A stretch of DNA of 64,000 bases from Candidatus Omnitrophota bacterium (GTDB lineage: Bacteria; Omnitrophota; Gorgyraeia; Gygaellales; Profunditerraquicolaceae). The stretch lies in assembly GCA_025453395.1 (NCBI GenBank), contig JALOQK010000007.1:6524-70523 (forward strand). The letters are read 5' to 3'. This document shows positions 15,001-30,000 of the stretch, piece after piece. A program made the translations under genes and the position numbers. Below the pieces are notes generated by a model, which worked only from the letters and a program-made list of their open reading frames with translations, ran no database searches and was not told the DNA's origin. Numbering within the stretch: the first letter of the stretch is position 1; each line of letters starts with the position of its first letter.

Positions 15001-18000
15001 TCCATATTGTAATAATCTGTCTTGTCATTGCCGAATTCGGCATTAAACTGATTCACCCCATCCTTGTTGACAATAGTCGGGAAATATAAATAAGCTCCGT
15101 ATTCAGTTTTGATAAGATAAATATTATCGTTCAACAGCGAACCATTCAAAATAATATTGGGAAGAATATTACCGAGGCGATGCTCAAAATCCACTCCTGC
15201 CTCTACGCGGGCAATCCAGGCATTAAGGCCAATCTTGGTCTGCTTGCCAACAGTAACACAACCAACTTTTCCTAAACGCAACCCCAGCAGAGTTCCATCA
15301 TCTTTCCCAAACAACCCTTCCTTGCCCAAGCCAAGGTTTAACCCAAAAACAGTCACCCCAAAACGGTCTACTACATCACCCTCATATTTAAGCGCTAAAC
15401 CGCCTATACCGTGGGCTATTTTGTGATACTTAGGAAGCTGCAGGATAGTAACGATATCATCATATAAAGCAATTGATGCCAAAGCGATATTGGTGCCTCC
15501 GGTGATTTCTTTCTGGCCGAACCCGTAGATAATATTTACTGCGTCTACTAAAGCGGCAACATCCCCGCCTAATTGAAGCCCAAGATAAGTATTCTTGAAT
15601 TTGCCTAAATTGATCATGGTATTGGCAAAATTCTGCTCTACAGCTATATAAAGCGAAACCAGATCATACAAATTCTTATCTTTGCTGGCCTTCAAAACCT
15701 CAAAATACGTCTGGCGAAGCTGTATGAATGCTTCATAGGCGCTTCCTAAGGTAGCCTCAAAATAAGCGACATCCCTGAATGACATATCTTCGGCAGAAAG
15801 CGCCATATTCTTCTTGCTAAGATTATCATCGCTATAATCTTCAAGCAGTGCGATCACTTTTTCGCTATTAACCTTTCCGGCCTGATCCAAAAGATTTTCA
15901 ACTTCTGCTTTAAGCTGGTTAGGTATAGTAATCTTCTGGCTGTTCTTCTTATCAAGCGCGTCTTGAGCAAAAGTTATTTCTTTATTTAATTTTAAGAGCT
16001 CTTCGCGCAATTCATCGCGGTTGCTGGAAATTTGGTCTCTTATTTCTTTTAGCTTTGCAGAATTCGTGGCTAAAATCTTATCCCGCTCTAATTTAATAAG
16101 CTCTATCTTTTCTTCTCTGGAAAGGTCATGCCCAGCCGCAACCGGCACATTAGGATCATTATTTACTTGAACTGGCGCTGTTTTAACATTCTGCCCTAAG
16201 AGGCTATTGCTTATCTCTTGCCCTAACTGCTTGATCTTTGTTTCTCTCTGGGCAATGCGCCCTTTGATTTCATTAATCTTCGCGTCAAGCGCGGCGATCT
16301 TGTCTTTAAGTTCGGTTATCTTAGCGAAATCATCCACCGCTACTTGGCTGGCGTAATTAATATATGTAAGCTTGGGTGAAAATTGATCAACTGGAGTATA
16401 AGCTATTGCCTGTGCTTGAGGGGCAACAACAGAATTCAAAGTTAAGGCGGAACGGAGAATTGTGCTTTGGGCAAAGCGCTTTAATAAACCGGGATGTTTT
16501 GGAGGACCTTTATTACGAGGAGCCTCTAACTGGATTTTATTTGGCAATACAATACTTTGAGGTTTAAGTGTTTCACCTTGGGATTTATCATCCTCAAGCC
16601 ACTTTTGCTGCATCGCGTCATAAACTGGCTTCTTAGAACCATCTGCTCTTAACCAACCCCAATAATCTTCTTTGTGATCCTGCTTATCCTGCTCTCCACC
16701 TTTTCTCTTGTTGTCCTCAAGGCTCATAAAGAAGATGCTTATGCCTTCTTCTTTTGCCTGACGCCAGATCTCTAATGCTGCCTGTTTCTGGAAATCTTCT
16801 CCCTCTTGGCCAGATACGCCAGCCTCAGCAACATATACAGGTTTAGCAATTCCTGCTCGCTTCTTGGCTAATTCATAAACGCTTACAATATCGCCTATAT
16901 TTCTATACCAATTAAGCCCGATCATATCTACATCGGTTTTCATTATTTGGGCAAGATGCGCAACAATATTTTCATCTCCTAATACCACAGAAATCTTTAC
17001 ATTTTCCCCAAGCTTCTTATGAATATCTTTGGCTAAACTATCCACTAATGCGAAATATTCTTCTATCGGCTTTCCGGTCCAGGCAGTATACCTGCCGGAC
17101 ATGTTGTATTCGTTACCCAACTCAAAAACGACTTCCATCTTGCCCTGTGCAAGTTTCAATACTTCCTGCATATAAGAGATTAAATTGCCTGAAGTCATGC
17201 TTATTCTTTCATCCATAGAAGGAACAACTTGGCCCCAGAAATTAGTAAGGTGATTATAGGCATAGCCGTCCAAAGGAATACCGATAGAAAGCACCTTAGT
17301 TTTTCCCTGCTCAATAATCACCTTTAAGATATCTGTACTTAGCGGATAATAGGTGCGTTCTGCGTTACCGATAAGGCGGACGACATCAGACTTATCGAAA
17401 GTCTGGGCATCAATAGTCAAGCCGTAGAACGGCTTGCCGTTCAATAAAGTCTGGGAACCTTCTAACTTTAAATCCGTCTGCTCTATTGCTGCCTCTTTAA
17501 CTTCTGCCATATCCGGCTCAATTGCTGCTAATTGCTCAACCAGCTTTACCTTCTCCTGCTGTAATTGATTTAATAACTGTTTATCATTTTGCAAATCTTT
17601 TTCTTCCTGCTGCAACAGTTCATTAAGGCTCTTTATTTCTGCGGAGACGGAAACATTTGGATCATTAACGCCTAACTGCGCGTTCTTTTTAAGGATGTCT
17701 GATAAATCCGCCAACAGCTTCTGGTTGGCGTTATGATCATACTGTTGATCAAAACCAAACTGCGGCATAAAAGAAGGCGTATGGTTAGGATCATTGTTTG
17801 CGAATGCTAGATTGCTACCGTTATATGAATTAAAATCAACACTTAAACCCGCCCATGCCCCTGCGACCAAAATAGAGAAGAAGCCAAATATTATGACAAG
17901 CCCTGCCCAAGGAGAATTTTTTCTTGTAGATACAGTTGCAGGACAAGCCTCCTGGCCAAAAACAGTGTTCAAGTTGCGCGCGCTTTCTCTTAAGGAAGCT

Positions 18001-21000
18001 ATGCTTTCCTGCAGAGCCTGAACAGCTTCTTTAAGCTTTTTATAAGCTGCCATTCTTAAAGTTCTCTTGGCAAGTTCCTCGCTTCTTAAAGCATCACCCT
18101 GCAATTTCAAAGCTTCAGACTTATTATAACGATAGCTAAAATCACTCTTAAGGCCGTTTATTATTGCCGCGTGTTCTTCTTCTAAAGAGTTTCCCGCCTT
18201 AGATATTGCCAGGGAAACTATATTCTTATAAGCGGCAAGGCTTAATATTGCTTCCGGAATAGCCAGCGCCATTTTTAAGGCTTGCGCATCAAAATTATCG
18301 CCTATTGTATCTATCATTTCCTGCTCAAGATATGCCCAGATAAGCTCTGCCAATTTTCTGCTCATCTTTTTCTGATCAGGTAAAACATTACCAAATTTGG
18401 ATAAATACGACTTAACCCAAGTATGATACTGGCTTAATGCCGCGTAAGTAAGATGTTCGGTGTTTGAAGGCGCCTGCGGCAAGGCTTCAATCTGACTACG
18501 AAGCCTTGCTATGCTGGCTTCGATTTTCTTCTCTTTACGCTGTAATTGCTTTATCTCTTCCAGAGCTTCCGGGTAAGCACCATTTATTTTTACATCTTTT
18601 TGCAGCTTACTTAACTGACTTGCTGCCTTTTCTTTCAACGCTTCTAACTGAAGAATCCTATCCGCAAGAGGGCTTACCTGCTCAGTGTATTTCTGCACTT
18701 TAGCGGAAACATCAGAGAATTTATTTTTTAACCCAGCCAGGAATTTGTAAGATTGGCCATTAAGAAATTCCGGCTTTGCCAGGCTTAATAATTTATTAAT
18801 TAGCAATAATACGCCTGCCGCGCTAAAGGCGATTATTGACACCGCCCAAGAAATCTTAGTAATAGCACCTAATGCCGCAGCGGGAATAAAAATTGCGATA
18901 AGCACGCTTACTGCTATAACTGCCACCGCCACCAGCACCGCGTTTATTCCAAACCCGCCCTCGCGATGGTGGTTTGACTTTTGTATATTTGTTTCCTCCT
19001 GCCGCTCTAATGCATACTGTGTTTCAATAATCTTCGCGTAAGCCATATCTTGTAAATCTTTATCCAAAGTAGAATAAAATGCCGCGTCAAATTCATTCCT
19101 TGCTTCTCTGTATTTGCCTTCTTTGAATAACATTTCTCCTGAATCAAAATGGCTTGCGAAATCATCCGAATTTTGAGCTATTGCCTGTTCCTGCGGCACA
19201 AGAGGAGCATTTACTAAATAATCCGCGCCATTGGCCTTGGCCAGCGCCCTGTCCATAGCCGCCCAATCATCCACCTCCCGGAAATATTGCGCAGATACGG
19301 TAAAAAATTCCTTGCTTGCCGCGATATTAGCGACATCGCCGGAATTAAGCAACGAATGGCCAAAATAGAAAGCAATCTTTGCCAAAGCGTAAAGCGTGTT
19401 ATCCGTAAGTTTCCTGCTTGCGTTGCTTTTTAATATATCTCGGGCGCGGCCCATTATTGTTTTTATATACCCATCTTCACCTGTTAAGTAAAACGCCTCG
19501 GCAAGGCCTGCTAAAGCTGTCAACTCTTTCATGGTGCTTAAGCCGGGAACACGAAGCGCTTTTCCGAAGAATCTAATTGCCTGCGTATAATTTTCCTTGC
19601 CCAAATAAGCCTGCGCCAGAGATATTAGAACCGCGTCTTTTTTTACCTCAAGTAAATGGTCTTTTCCTATGGCAAACAAGGCCCTCGTAAAATAACCAAT
19701 GGCGTTATTAAACTTTCCAAGCTCAAGCAACCTCATCCCTTCCAAATACTCTTGATCTATTAACTCAAGCGCGGCGACGCGGTCATCTTCCGTAGCAGCC
19801 CTGTCCTCTGCGTTAAGAATACCTTCTTCTTTGCGCATTTTACTTAATTCTTCCGAAGCGTATTTCAATAGATCATTGGCTTTCGTATCACCGGTATCAG
19901 CCAGCTTTAAATAGATGACGGCCTTTTCTAATAATACTATTTTCCGTAAGTTATCGCGTTGTGTAGACGCCATAGTAAGATAACATATTGCGATTTCAAA
20001 GCTAAGTCCCATATACGCCTTTTCTCTGCCTTTAATGCCGGCTACCATCCTGCGGGCTTTGTGAAAATGCCTGATGGCAATTATAGGTTTTCCGGCGTAA
20101 GAGAAAATCGAGCCAAAGTCATATTGCATCTTGTAATTATTCCTATAACGCTTTAATTGATGAATAATTTCAGCTGCTTCCACAATCGCTTTTATTTCTT
20201 CTGGCCTGGGGCCGTCTTTACTCTCAATAATCTTTGCAAAATCCTCAATCGCCGCTTCGGCAGGAAAAACAATTTCATTTACAATCGTTTTCTTTAAGTT
20301 AAAGCTGTTAAGCTCTGCCTTAACGCGCCTTGAATACCTTTTCATATCATATCTTCCCCATCTCCAGAAGAATGGCACCCCTGCCATTGCCATGCCTGCG
20401 GCAGCAGAGTGGTTTAACATTATCTGCGCCAAAATAATTAATCCGGCAACAAAAACGGACTTTAACACATTCAGGACAACTGCGCCAAGGGCGTTATCTT
20501 TATTTCTTAACCAATCAAGGGCTGCTTGCTTGGCCGCTAAATTTACTTCTAACTTATTTACCCGGAAGTCATCTTTTTTATTTTCGGCTACCGGTATAGC
20601 TAATTCTATCCTTGCGATCTGGCGTAATAAAATATTCTCCAGAGACTTTTTCTCATTACCGTTTAACCTCTGCCTTCTCCTGCCGTCTTTAAAGGTAACA
20701 TACACTTTTCCGGAAATCACTAACGCGTCAAATACGTCGCTGGAAAATGCGTATGTTACAATCTGTTCGTCGGATAGAGTATCGGCTGATGCGAGAGATT
20801 CTTTCTGCCGCGCAGTTCCACCGAATAACATATCTCTGGTTTTCGGGAAAAGCCAAAGTAACATTGCCAATGATGCTAATAGCCCAAACACGTAACCTAA
20901 TGACCCCACCTCAGTGCTAATATTACAATTTATAGCTTCCTTCGCTCCGGAAACCTGCCCTGCCTGAGCAGTATTAACCAGCAATGAAGCAAATAACATC

Positions 21001-24000
21001 ATTACTGCTACAGCTGCTGTCTTAATTGGCTGATCAGTAAAGAAGACTCCTACGCGCGTTATCAGAAGGGCGGTCTTTTTATATTGAACTGCAGAAGGAT
21101 ATCTATAATAAAGTTGCCCGCCGAAGGTGCCGCAAAATACTAAATTGTCCGGATTTTTATTATCGCCTTTTACCCAGGAAGGCTGGCTGTTCTTGGGAAC
21201 CATGGCCTTGGGGCTGTAATAAAGCACGGCGCCGCTGGTCGGATCGGCAATTTCTCCATCAAAAACGCGCTTTGCAAATATTTTGGCAATAGAAAGGTGC
21301 TTTGGGCTGGCTTTATAATAATTGGAGTTCTTATCCAGCACGCAGGAATAAGCGTATTTACGTAAGAAAACTGATTGTAAGGTTAAGGTGTATTTCTCGC
21401 CATTCTTGATTCCAAATTCTTTGGCCTTGCCTGACTTAACGCGGTTAACCGCATTCCAGACAATTGCAGAGGCCGCTTCTATATCTTCTTTGTCGCCTTT
21501 TTCTAATCCCGGCAGGAATTCCACGCCTTCACCGCAGAGTATTTTTGAAGCTATTTCAAGGTCTTGGTCATTGTAGGCGATAACCGGAGGCCCGGTAGTC
21601 GTAGGTTTAGCATTAAGAGCCACTTTCTTTATTGGCTGTTCATTTTTATTAATCTTAACAATGTTTTGCGATAACGTCTTTGTATTTGCCGCGGTCCTGT
21701 TAACCGCGCCTGCCGCGCCTGACCCCACGCCGCCGAAACCAAAGAGATAGAAAATAACCACCAAGAATTTATTCTTAAGCTTATCTTTAAAGGCAAGCCA
21801 TCCCAAGAATGGCACTGCTAACCAGGCTATGCTCAAGCTCTGGAGTATCGGGCCTAATCCATTAACCCCCATTGCCATTGCCGGCAGGCAAAGCAAAGCA
21901 GAGATTAAAATTGCGGCTATAGCAAATAATCTAAGCCCATTATTGTATTTTAATGCCGTGGGAGTGCGCTTAATAACCTCTTCTCTTTTTACTTGCGCGT
22001 TCTTTCTTTCAAAATAAGTCCTGATTATTTTAACCGCATCAAGAAATAATTTCTTAGTCAATTTAACAAAATCAACAAACATATACCCGATAGAAGTAAT
22101 GTCATAGACTTTTACGGAAGTCTTTGTATTCACCTTCGCGCCTGCCCCGGGCAATTCAGATGATCGTCGAAAGTCAACCGGCGGCACGCCCTTTTTCAAG
22201 ATCGTCGGGTTCTCTAAATTTGATAAAATCTGCGCCATTCTTGCTGCCCATTCAACACCCAAAGCTATCACGGCAAAAATACCAATACCAATGATAATTA
22301 AAGATATTTTATAAAATATCAATGCGGCTATCCCGATAGTCATAGTGATATTGGCAATCATAGCTATCTTATATATCCGTAACGCTATATATTTTTGGTA
22401 ACCATTTAACACCGGCAAGCTGTTATTGGCATATAAAGATAATGAAGATACTCCGGCTAAGAACCCTACAGCAGAAAGCGCCGCAATACTATTGAATATT
22501 TCTTTAACAGCCATTTCCGGGAAGAAAGCTTTTATGCCAAAAGCAATACCAAGGCCCGACGCCACAGTAATCATCGCGGCCTTCCAAACTTTTCGCGGAT
22601 TAATCTCTTGCTTTATTACCGCCATTTTATACATCTTATACAGTTTAAAATACACGCTGGCCGCTAAAGCTATACCTAAGAAAATAACTAAAGCCTTCAG
22701 AAATACAAGGTTGCTTAAGGCCCCCTGAACAACCTGCTCATTAAGCACAGTCTCTTGCCCTGCCTGCGCCTGCTGTGACATCAATAACACTGCCGAACCA
22801 ATCAGGGCCATCAAAATTCCAGACTGATGCGCATTAGAACCGCCCTTATCATTTTCATCTAAAGAAGATTTGGCATTCTTGTGGATCTGTTTCCTTTCAT
22901 GCCAAAAATATAAGTGTGCGCAGGATTGGACAAACGCAACTGCTCCCAATCCATAAATTGCTAAATCCTGTATTTCTGAGCCGTTTAACATCATGCCTGT
23001 CGTAAAAGGAAGCGCGGTTGCCGCCAAAATCATCCCCACCACAGAGCCATAACTTGTCTTAGGCAATTTTCCTGCAGACAACCTATTCATTATGGCGCTA
23101 TTTAATCTATCAGCCAACCCTGGATCTTCCTGAGAAATTCTATCTACAAAAGCATTAATAATATCAAATAAGAACTCTTTGTTTATTTCATTTTTACGGA
23201 TCATTCGCCTCAATGCACTAACCGATACCTTAAACTCAAATGCTATATCAGGAGTCTCTTTAACTGGACAAGCCAAATCACAGATCCTGGCTTTAAATAT
23301 TCCGTTTTCTTCTGTAATAATGATATTCTCTGGATTTGTAACTATATCGGTGGGGAATTGACCCTTAGTAAGAATATAGAACTGCGCGGCCATTATCCCG
23401 GCAGACTGGAAAATTGCGTGCATTTTGATTTTATCATCTTGGCTCATCTTGCCTTGTGTCATGAAAATCTTAATATAGCGCCTCAAATCAAGACCAGGCA
23501 AATACTCTTTAAAAATTACACGCATAGAGTGATTCTTTTTATTATAACTATAGCCATAATCAGCATACCCATATGGCCTCTGCAATATATTTTGTGCCAC
23601 GGCATATAAACGATGCAGATTGTCAAATTCGGCCTTGCTATGCTCTTCTAAATCCTGAATCTTAATACCCCTGAATTCCCTATCAATAGCCAAAGCAAAT
23701 TCTTTGGTCGTGTCATTTGTTTTAATAGTAACTTTATATACAAACCGATGAGCGCCCTCCCCGATTTTCTCTAAAGAAACTCCCCCTAAGACTATGTCCT
23801 TAATATCCTTTATATTCACTCCCAATTTGTGCGCAATATCATAGAGGTACTTGCCATGGAGATGCTCAATACCGTCATTGGCAACCGGCAGGAATAACGC
23901 GGCAACAGCTTTAAAATGAAAGTTATATTTCTTTGCCCGGGCAAAATTGTCACGGAGTTCATCACTAAAACGTATCTTCTGTATAATAGAAATATCTTGT

Positions 24001-27000
24001 TCGTCTAAAGCAACCCCTATAGCTTGCGTGAAATTGATAATTTTCTCTGACTGATTCCTTACGGCTTTATCAAAAATACTCCTGCTAGTGGCTAACAACG
24101 GCACTATTGCCAAAGCCATCCCACTATGCCCAAGATATTGCGCGGCATAATAAAATAAGCCAATAGTAAAAACAGCTAATATTGTGTTCACCACTGCGCC
24201 GGGCTTGGATGAATTAGAACCGTCCCCATTTTTCTTATCGAACTTAATACCTAAAGCTAATTCTAATTCCCGGATAAGTTTCTTTGATATCTTGATAAAA
24301 GTATTTGTATTTATAGCAGACAAGTAGAAATCTCCGTATTCTCTTACCATTTCAGCCCTAAGCACAAAATACTTCAGATCATCTGAACTCTTAACCCCCT
24401 TAACTTCTACTATCCGGCCTTCTTTCATCTTTACTAAATTCATGCCCGCTGCTGTAGATAATAAGGAATTTACAGTGTTGAAATAATAAATGGCCCTGAA
24501 TAAATTTATAGTAAAATACAGTGCTGCCAGGGTCATAAGCCCGCCAATGCCTAATATAATCGCCAAGCCGTGTTCTCCCACAAAGGCCATGGCGCGCTCT
24601 AATAAAGTAGCATGCACCTGCGGATCCATCTTAATTCCGGCGAAGGCATGGGAAGAAAGGAACAGCACTATACCGATCATGCCCACGATAGCGCCATAAC
24701 CTCTTACTACCTTACCGCCGTTTCTGCCCTGTCCGCCGTTACGCGCAAATGCGCATACATCAATATTGCCTCCTACGCCTTCGGGATTAGCCGGCTTCTT
24801 TTCTTCCTTAACAGGCTTTTTCTTAGACTGTTTTTCATTTTTGCATTTTTGGGGCAATCCAGAAGGAATTCCTTCTACAGGAGGAACTGGGCGCACACCA
24901 TTATCAGCAATAACTGGTTTAAGCGGCGACCAGCTGTTCCCGATCACAGCTATCATTAAGGTGGAAAACAGGAATATTGGGACGGGACTCTTTAATGCGC
25001 TTAAGCACAATTGCGGATTCATCTTCGGTAAGGAATTCCCAGCTGTCAATGCGGCCATTGCGGCTATAGACGTTACCAGTATTTTCATATACAAGGAATA
25101 TCCTGACGTGTTCGTGGTAGCGCGCCACAGCGAAGATAGTGTGGTCTTTTTCGAATATGACGAGATGGTCGAAACGGAGTTCTGGATCGGTGTAATTGAT
25201 CTTAACCATTGTACACCTCCTTGTTTAGAAGAAACAACACCCGCGCAATTCCAATTAGCGCGGGGTGTCTTGAGTTGTTTCAGGAGCTCCACAGCGCGGG
25301 TCAGTGTCCTGGAGGTCAGGAACGCTGCAGAGCTCCCAAAAACAACAATGCCGTTACTAATATTCCTGCCACGGAAGATATAGTTAACGGCTTGCCCTGA
25401 GTAAAATCGAAGGGCTTTGGTTAATAATTTAATTGATTGTGTGATTGTGGTAACAAATGCGCCTAATTTGGAAGATTTTTTGCTGATAGCTGACAAAGGC
25501 GGACTGCGGGCACTACGGTTTTCGCTGGGATTTGAATGGAATAAACCGGCTATAAACGACCAGATCCGCCTAAAAATAGGCGGTTTAATTACTTTTATTT
25601 GGGCTATCTGAACAGCACTTCCCGAACCACCGTTTCCAGAGCTGTTTGCACTATTGCCGGCTCCAGAACCTGCGCTGTTCTGATCTTTACTGTTTGCACC
25701 TGTAGAACTCCCCTCAGCCTGCGCCGAAACTTTTCCAGGCAAACTGCGGGCACCAACTATACTTATTACTAATGCTGCTGTTGCAAGTAATACACCTATT
25801 ACTACAAACCAATTTGTTTGCGCGAGTATTTGTTCAACGACTGCCTGTGCTTGCGCCAGCACAGCAGCCATATTAATACCGCCTGGCCCGCTTACGGCAG
25901 GGCCTCCGGTCTGTGTCCAATGAAGATGACTAATCGTGACTGGCAGGGTTACGCCTTGCGCGGCATTAACTAAACCTAAAATACCCAAAGCTGGGACAAA
26001 AGTCCTTGTGCCTAAACCTCCTACCACACTGCCAAAAGTATTTGGCGGCGTAGCCCTTGCCGGCGCCTGCGCAGGCAAAGCCTGATTCTGCCCCTTGGAG
26101 ACAGGTTTTTCTCCTGGCGCGGGACTACTCTGAGCGCCAATAGGCATTGCTGTAAACCCTGCAGCATGATCAAGATTAAGCGCTAAAAGTATTGCTTGGT
26201 CCGCAAGCGGCAAAGAGGCGATATTGGCTAATACTATTTCTTTTCCGCTCTCCATGCGCGCACTGCGCAGCCAATCCACAAGATTTGAAATATACACTGT
26301 ACTAACTTTAAGCTGGTTAGCCAAAAGCCAGTCTCTTACCTTAATAATATCCTGTTTGCTGGACCAATCCGCAGTAACGCCAATAATCCTGCCCTCTTTG
26401 GCCATTACCCTAATATTTCTGTAATTGGCTTCGTTGGAAAGCCAGGTTTCGTTACCGATTTTATCCAACCCGGACATTTTCTCCAACATGTTCAGGACAA
26501 GATAAAATTCTCCTTTTTTCATGAAATACTTAGCCCAGAACTTTTTAAGCGGCTCTTGCAGCTGCGCAGGGAACATAAGTGAGACTATGTTCCAAGCCTG
26601 TTTTCTTGCCGCGATAAAGTCTTTTTCGCTGGTATTGTCCAGCTTCCGGCTTATCGCGTCTTTAAGCTGGGATAAACTGGCATTTTCTAATTTCTGTAAT
26701 TCTCTTTCACTAAATTCCACTCCCGCAAGTAGTGCCAAATACTGCGCGCGGCTGCCTGACAGAGAAATTAACAAATTCCTAACCGGGATAAATATTTCCG
26801 CGCCAAAAGGATTGATATCCGCAATCACCAAGTAATCAAACCCACCTCTGGAAACCAAGGAAAGGTTTTGGCCGCCAAATCCAACACCCAGATAAACACC
26901 GCCTTTTACGCCCTGTAGTGCTTCATATCCGGCAGAAACGGTCTTGGTTTCGTTTGTCGCAAACCAATATCCGATATCATTAAGGTGCTGCTCTGTAAAC

Positions 27001-30000
27001 GCGCTTTCCGCAGCCGCTTCAGGATGATGTATCGGTAAGGCTTCTCCCTCTGTTGCCATATTATGAATAAGATTTGCTCGGCTTTGCGCTCTATCATAAG
27101 AAACTCCGCCTGAACGGGACAAAGATTCAATCAAACCATGCTCTAAGTCTTCTAAGGTCGCGGTTTGCGCAAGATAAATCGTGTTCGGATCCTCATCAAA
27201 AACAAATTCCCGGTCATGGTTTGAATTAAGCTCATAAAGGTTAGACATCAAAACACGCACTCCGGGGAACTGGCTGGCGCGTTCACCAATTTTTCCGCCT
27301 AGCGTAATCAATGAAGAATTATTAATGTTGCGGCTGGTTTCTCTGGCTAAACCTTCTTCTGCCACGCCGTGCCTTCCGGAGCCGGAAACCTGCTGATTTG
27401 ACGCGGGTTCTACAGCCGTGCCTTGTTCAAATAGCGATTCGCTGACCTCTGAACCGGGATGGACAACATCAATGGTTGTGCCGTCCTTAGAATTCCATTC
27501 CAGCAATAACGCTTCGGGAACAGGCGCATTAGAATAAGACGCTGCGATTTCACCGTCTTTGCCTATGCCAGTTTCTGCGGCGTAGCGATACGCGTCGGAC
27601 CACTGGGCAACACGCCATTCTTTGGATGCCTGATCAAACAAATACACCCGCGCTATGCCATTTTCAAAACCAAGAAGCACCTTAACGCCTCTATACGCCA
27701 AAAGATTAAGCGCGTTATTAAAGTTTGCGGCATTCTCACCACTTGTAAAGATGGCATGCTGATGCCAATCATGAAGCCCTGCATCTTCACCGCCTGTATT
27801 GCCGTGGAATGATTTTACCCTGCGTATTTGACCGTCAGCAGTCTGCATATAAACAGATCCCTGCTCTGTGGTAAATACGCGCACTACCGGTGAGCCGTTT
27901 GGCGCGGCTAATTTACCTTGCTTGGCCAAGTCCACAATAACCTGTCTTATCCTTTGCATAAGCTGTCCTACAACATCGGCTCCGGCGTTATTCGCGGCAA
28001 GCTGTTTCAATTCATCAGAAAGCTTATCAATCTGCTGCCATGCTTCGCCTGCCTCTGCCGATGCATCAACCTTATATTTCTGCGGGTCGCCCTTCTTTTG
28101 CTCAAACTTCACATCTTTAAGCTTTATCTTCTGGCCGTTGATCTCTATCTCCGGGTCCTCTCCGATACAAACTTTGATCTTGGCGTTATTAAGGTCGGTT
28201 TCCTTGAGTTTGTTTATAACTGTTGTTTTCTCGCTGATATTTATATCTAACTCGGCTGTGCCGATGACCTCGCCCTCATTGATGATTTCAACTTTGGTAT
28301 CATGGATGCGCACGCGGCCGGTCAACTCTGCCGGGGCCCCTCCTTTAACCACCACTTCGGCGTTCTGGACATCGATTTCCAGCTGTTGCTGGGCAGCATA
28401 TTTTGTCTTCACCAATTCTTGGGCAAGTTCTGCGGCGGCTTTGTCTTCAGAATTAACTTGAGCTGGAGATTCTTGGGCTGGCTGGGTTTCTTGGATAGGC
28501 GTTGCTGCTAAATAACCTTGTGCTCTCCTAGTCATCTGAGCGATAAAAGAATCCCCTATCCTAAGTGCTGTTTTATCACCAAGAATGACTTCTCTTCTAT
28601 GGTCTAACTCTAAAATACCTCCTGACATGCGGCCATTGATTTCAATAACATACAGCTTTCCTGTTTTATCGGCCATAAGGTCTATACTGGCATAATCCTG
28701 TTGGAGATTCCCTTTCTCTCCCTTACTTAACATATCAGCTTCCGCCTTATTCTGCATAGCCTCAAAGGCGGCGATAGAAACTTCTTCAATTCTCTTCATC
28801 TCTTCATCCGAACTAATACCTCTTGCCTTTAAGGCTTCTTCAAAAGTAAGAATTCCTCCGCCTTGAGAGATATTTACAACTCCACCTACCCGGCCGGTTC
28901 TTACAGAAATTGCCATTACCCTTGGTTTATTATCTGCTCCACGGGTGATAAAAATACGGTAATTCCAATCATACTGATTATCGCCAATCTTAATAACTGG
29001 CGGAATAATCCTACTCTGAAGCATAACGCCTGCCTTATACTCTCTATCCTTACGAGCAAGCAGTATTTGATCTACAACTTCATCAACCGTAAGCCCTTCT
29101 TTAAGTACGCGAACACCATAACCGCCATACCAATCCAAAGGCTTAATAACCACCCCACCGGGTAAATTTATTTCGCCCTGGCTAAGGCCATATAACTTCC
29201 TTACTGCAGCGGCCACTTCTTCTCTATCAGCATTTCTTGAGAATGTAACTGTACCGGGAATGCTTACGCCGGCGGGTTGGAGAATTTCCATGGTAGTTTT
29301 CTTGCTATCTTCATACTCTTCAAAAAGCTTATTACTGGAAACTGGCACTCCCATATTTTCAATCTCCAAGAAACGCTCGTTGCTAATAGGCCGGAAACTA
29401 TGTACATACCCCACGCGCACAGGTACAGAATAGCGAACAATTTCGTATTTACCTTCGCGGAATCTTATGCCCTTATTAACATACACACTGTTACCCTTGA
29501 TGATCAAATCTTCTGCCCTATCAACCCAAACTACTTCTACGGGGTGGCCAGATGCCGTGGCTCTTAAAAGAGCAAAATTAGCAAGATTGCCATCGTTATA
29601 CGCATACCTACCTATCATAACAACTGCACCCGAATGAACCGCGGCGTCTTCAACGACCCCCGGGACTAAATCGAAATCTGAACCAGCTAAATATCTAGGT
29701 AATTGCTGACGGAAATTATCTAATTGTGCCCTGAATCTCAACAAATCAGAATCCTCAAGAAGTCTCTGCTTATATTCAATGGCACGTCTATACGCCAGCT
29801 CTATATAATGATTGAGTAATTCATTGGCTTCTTGCGTCTGGCCAGAAGCTATCATTACTTGTTCTGCATGCCAAATGCCACCTGATGGATTACCGTTAAC
29901 CTCTATAACAACTGGCTCAAGCGAACCATCTGCACTCTTACGAACCATTACATCAATACCAGAAAAATCATGCTGATTACCGATAAACTCAACTGTATCA

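Noticed and set aside
24919-25209. 96-aa alternative-frame ORF treated as an independent gene splitting the giant ORF
   Set aside because: I did not call it as a CDS feature because the giant-ORF frame is demonstrably open through it and the other two frames are stop-dense only outside this ORF. I retained it as a finding because of its RBS and upstream hairpin.
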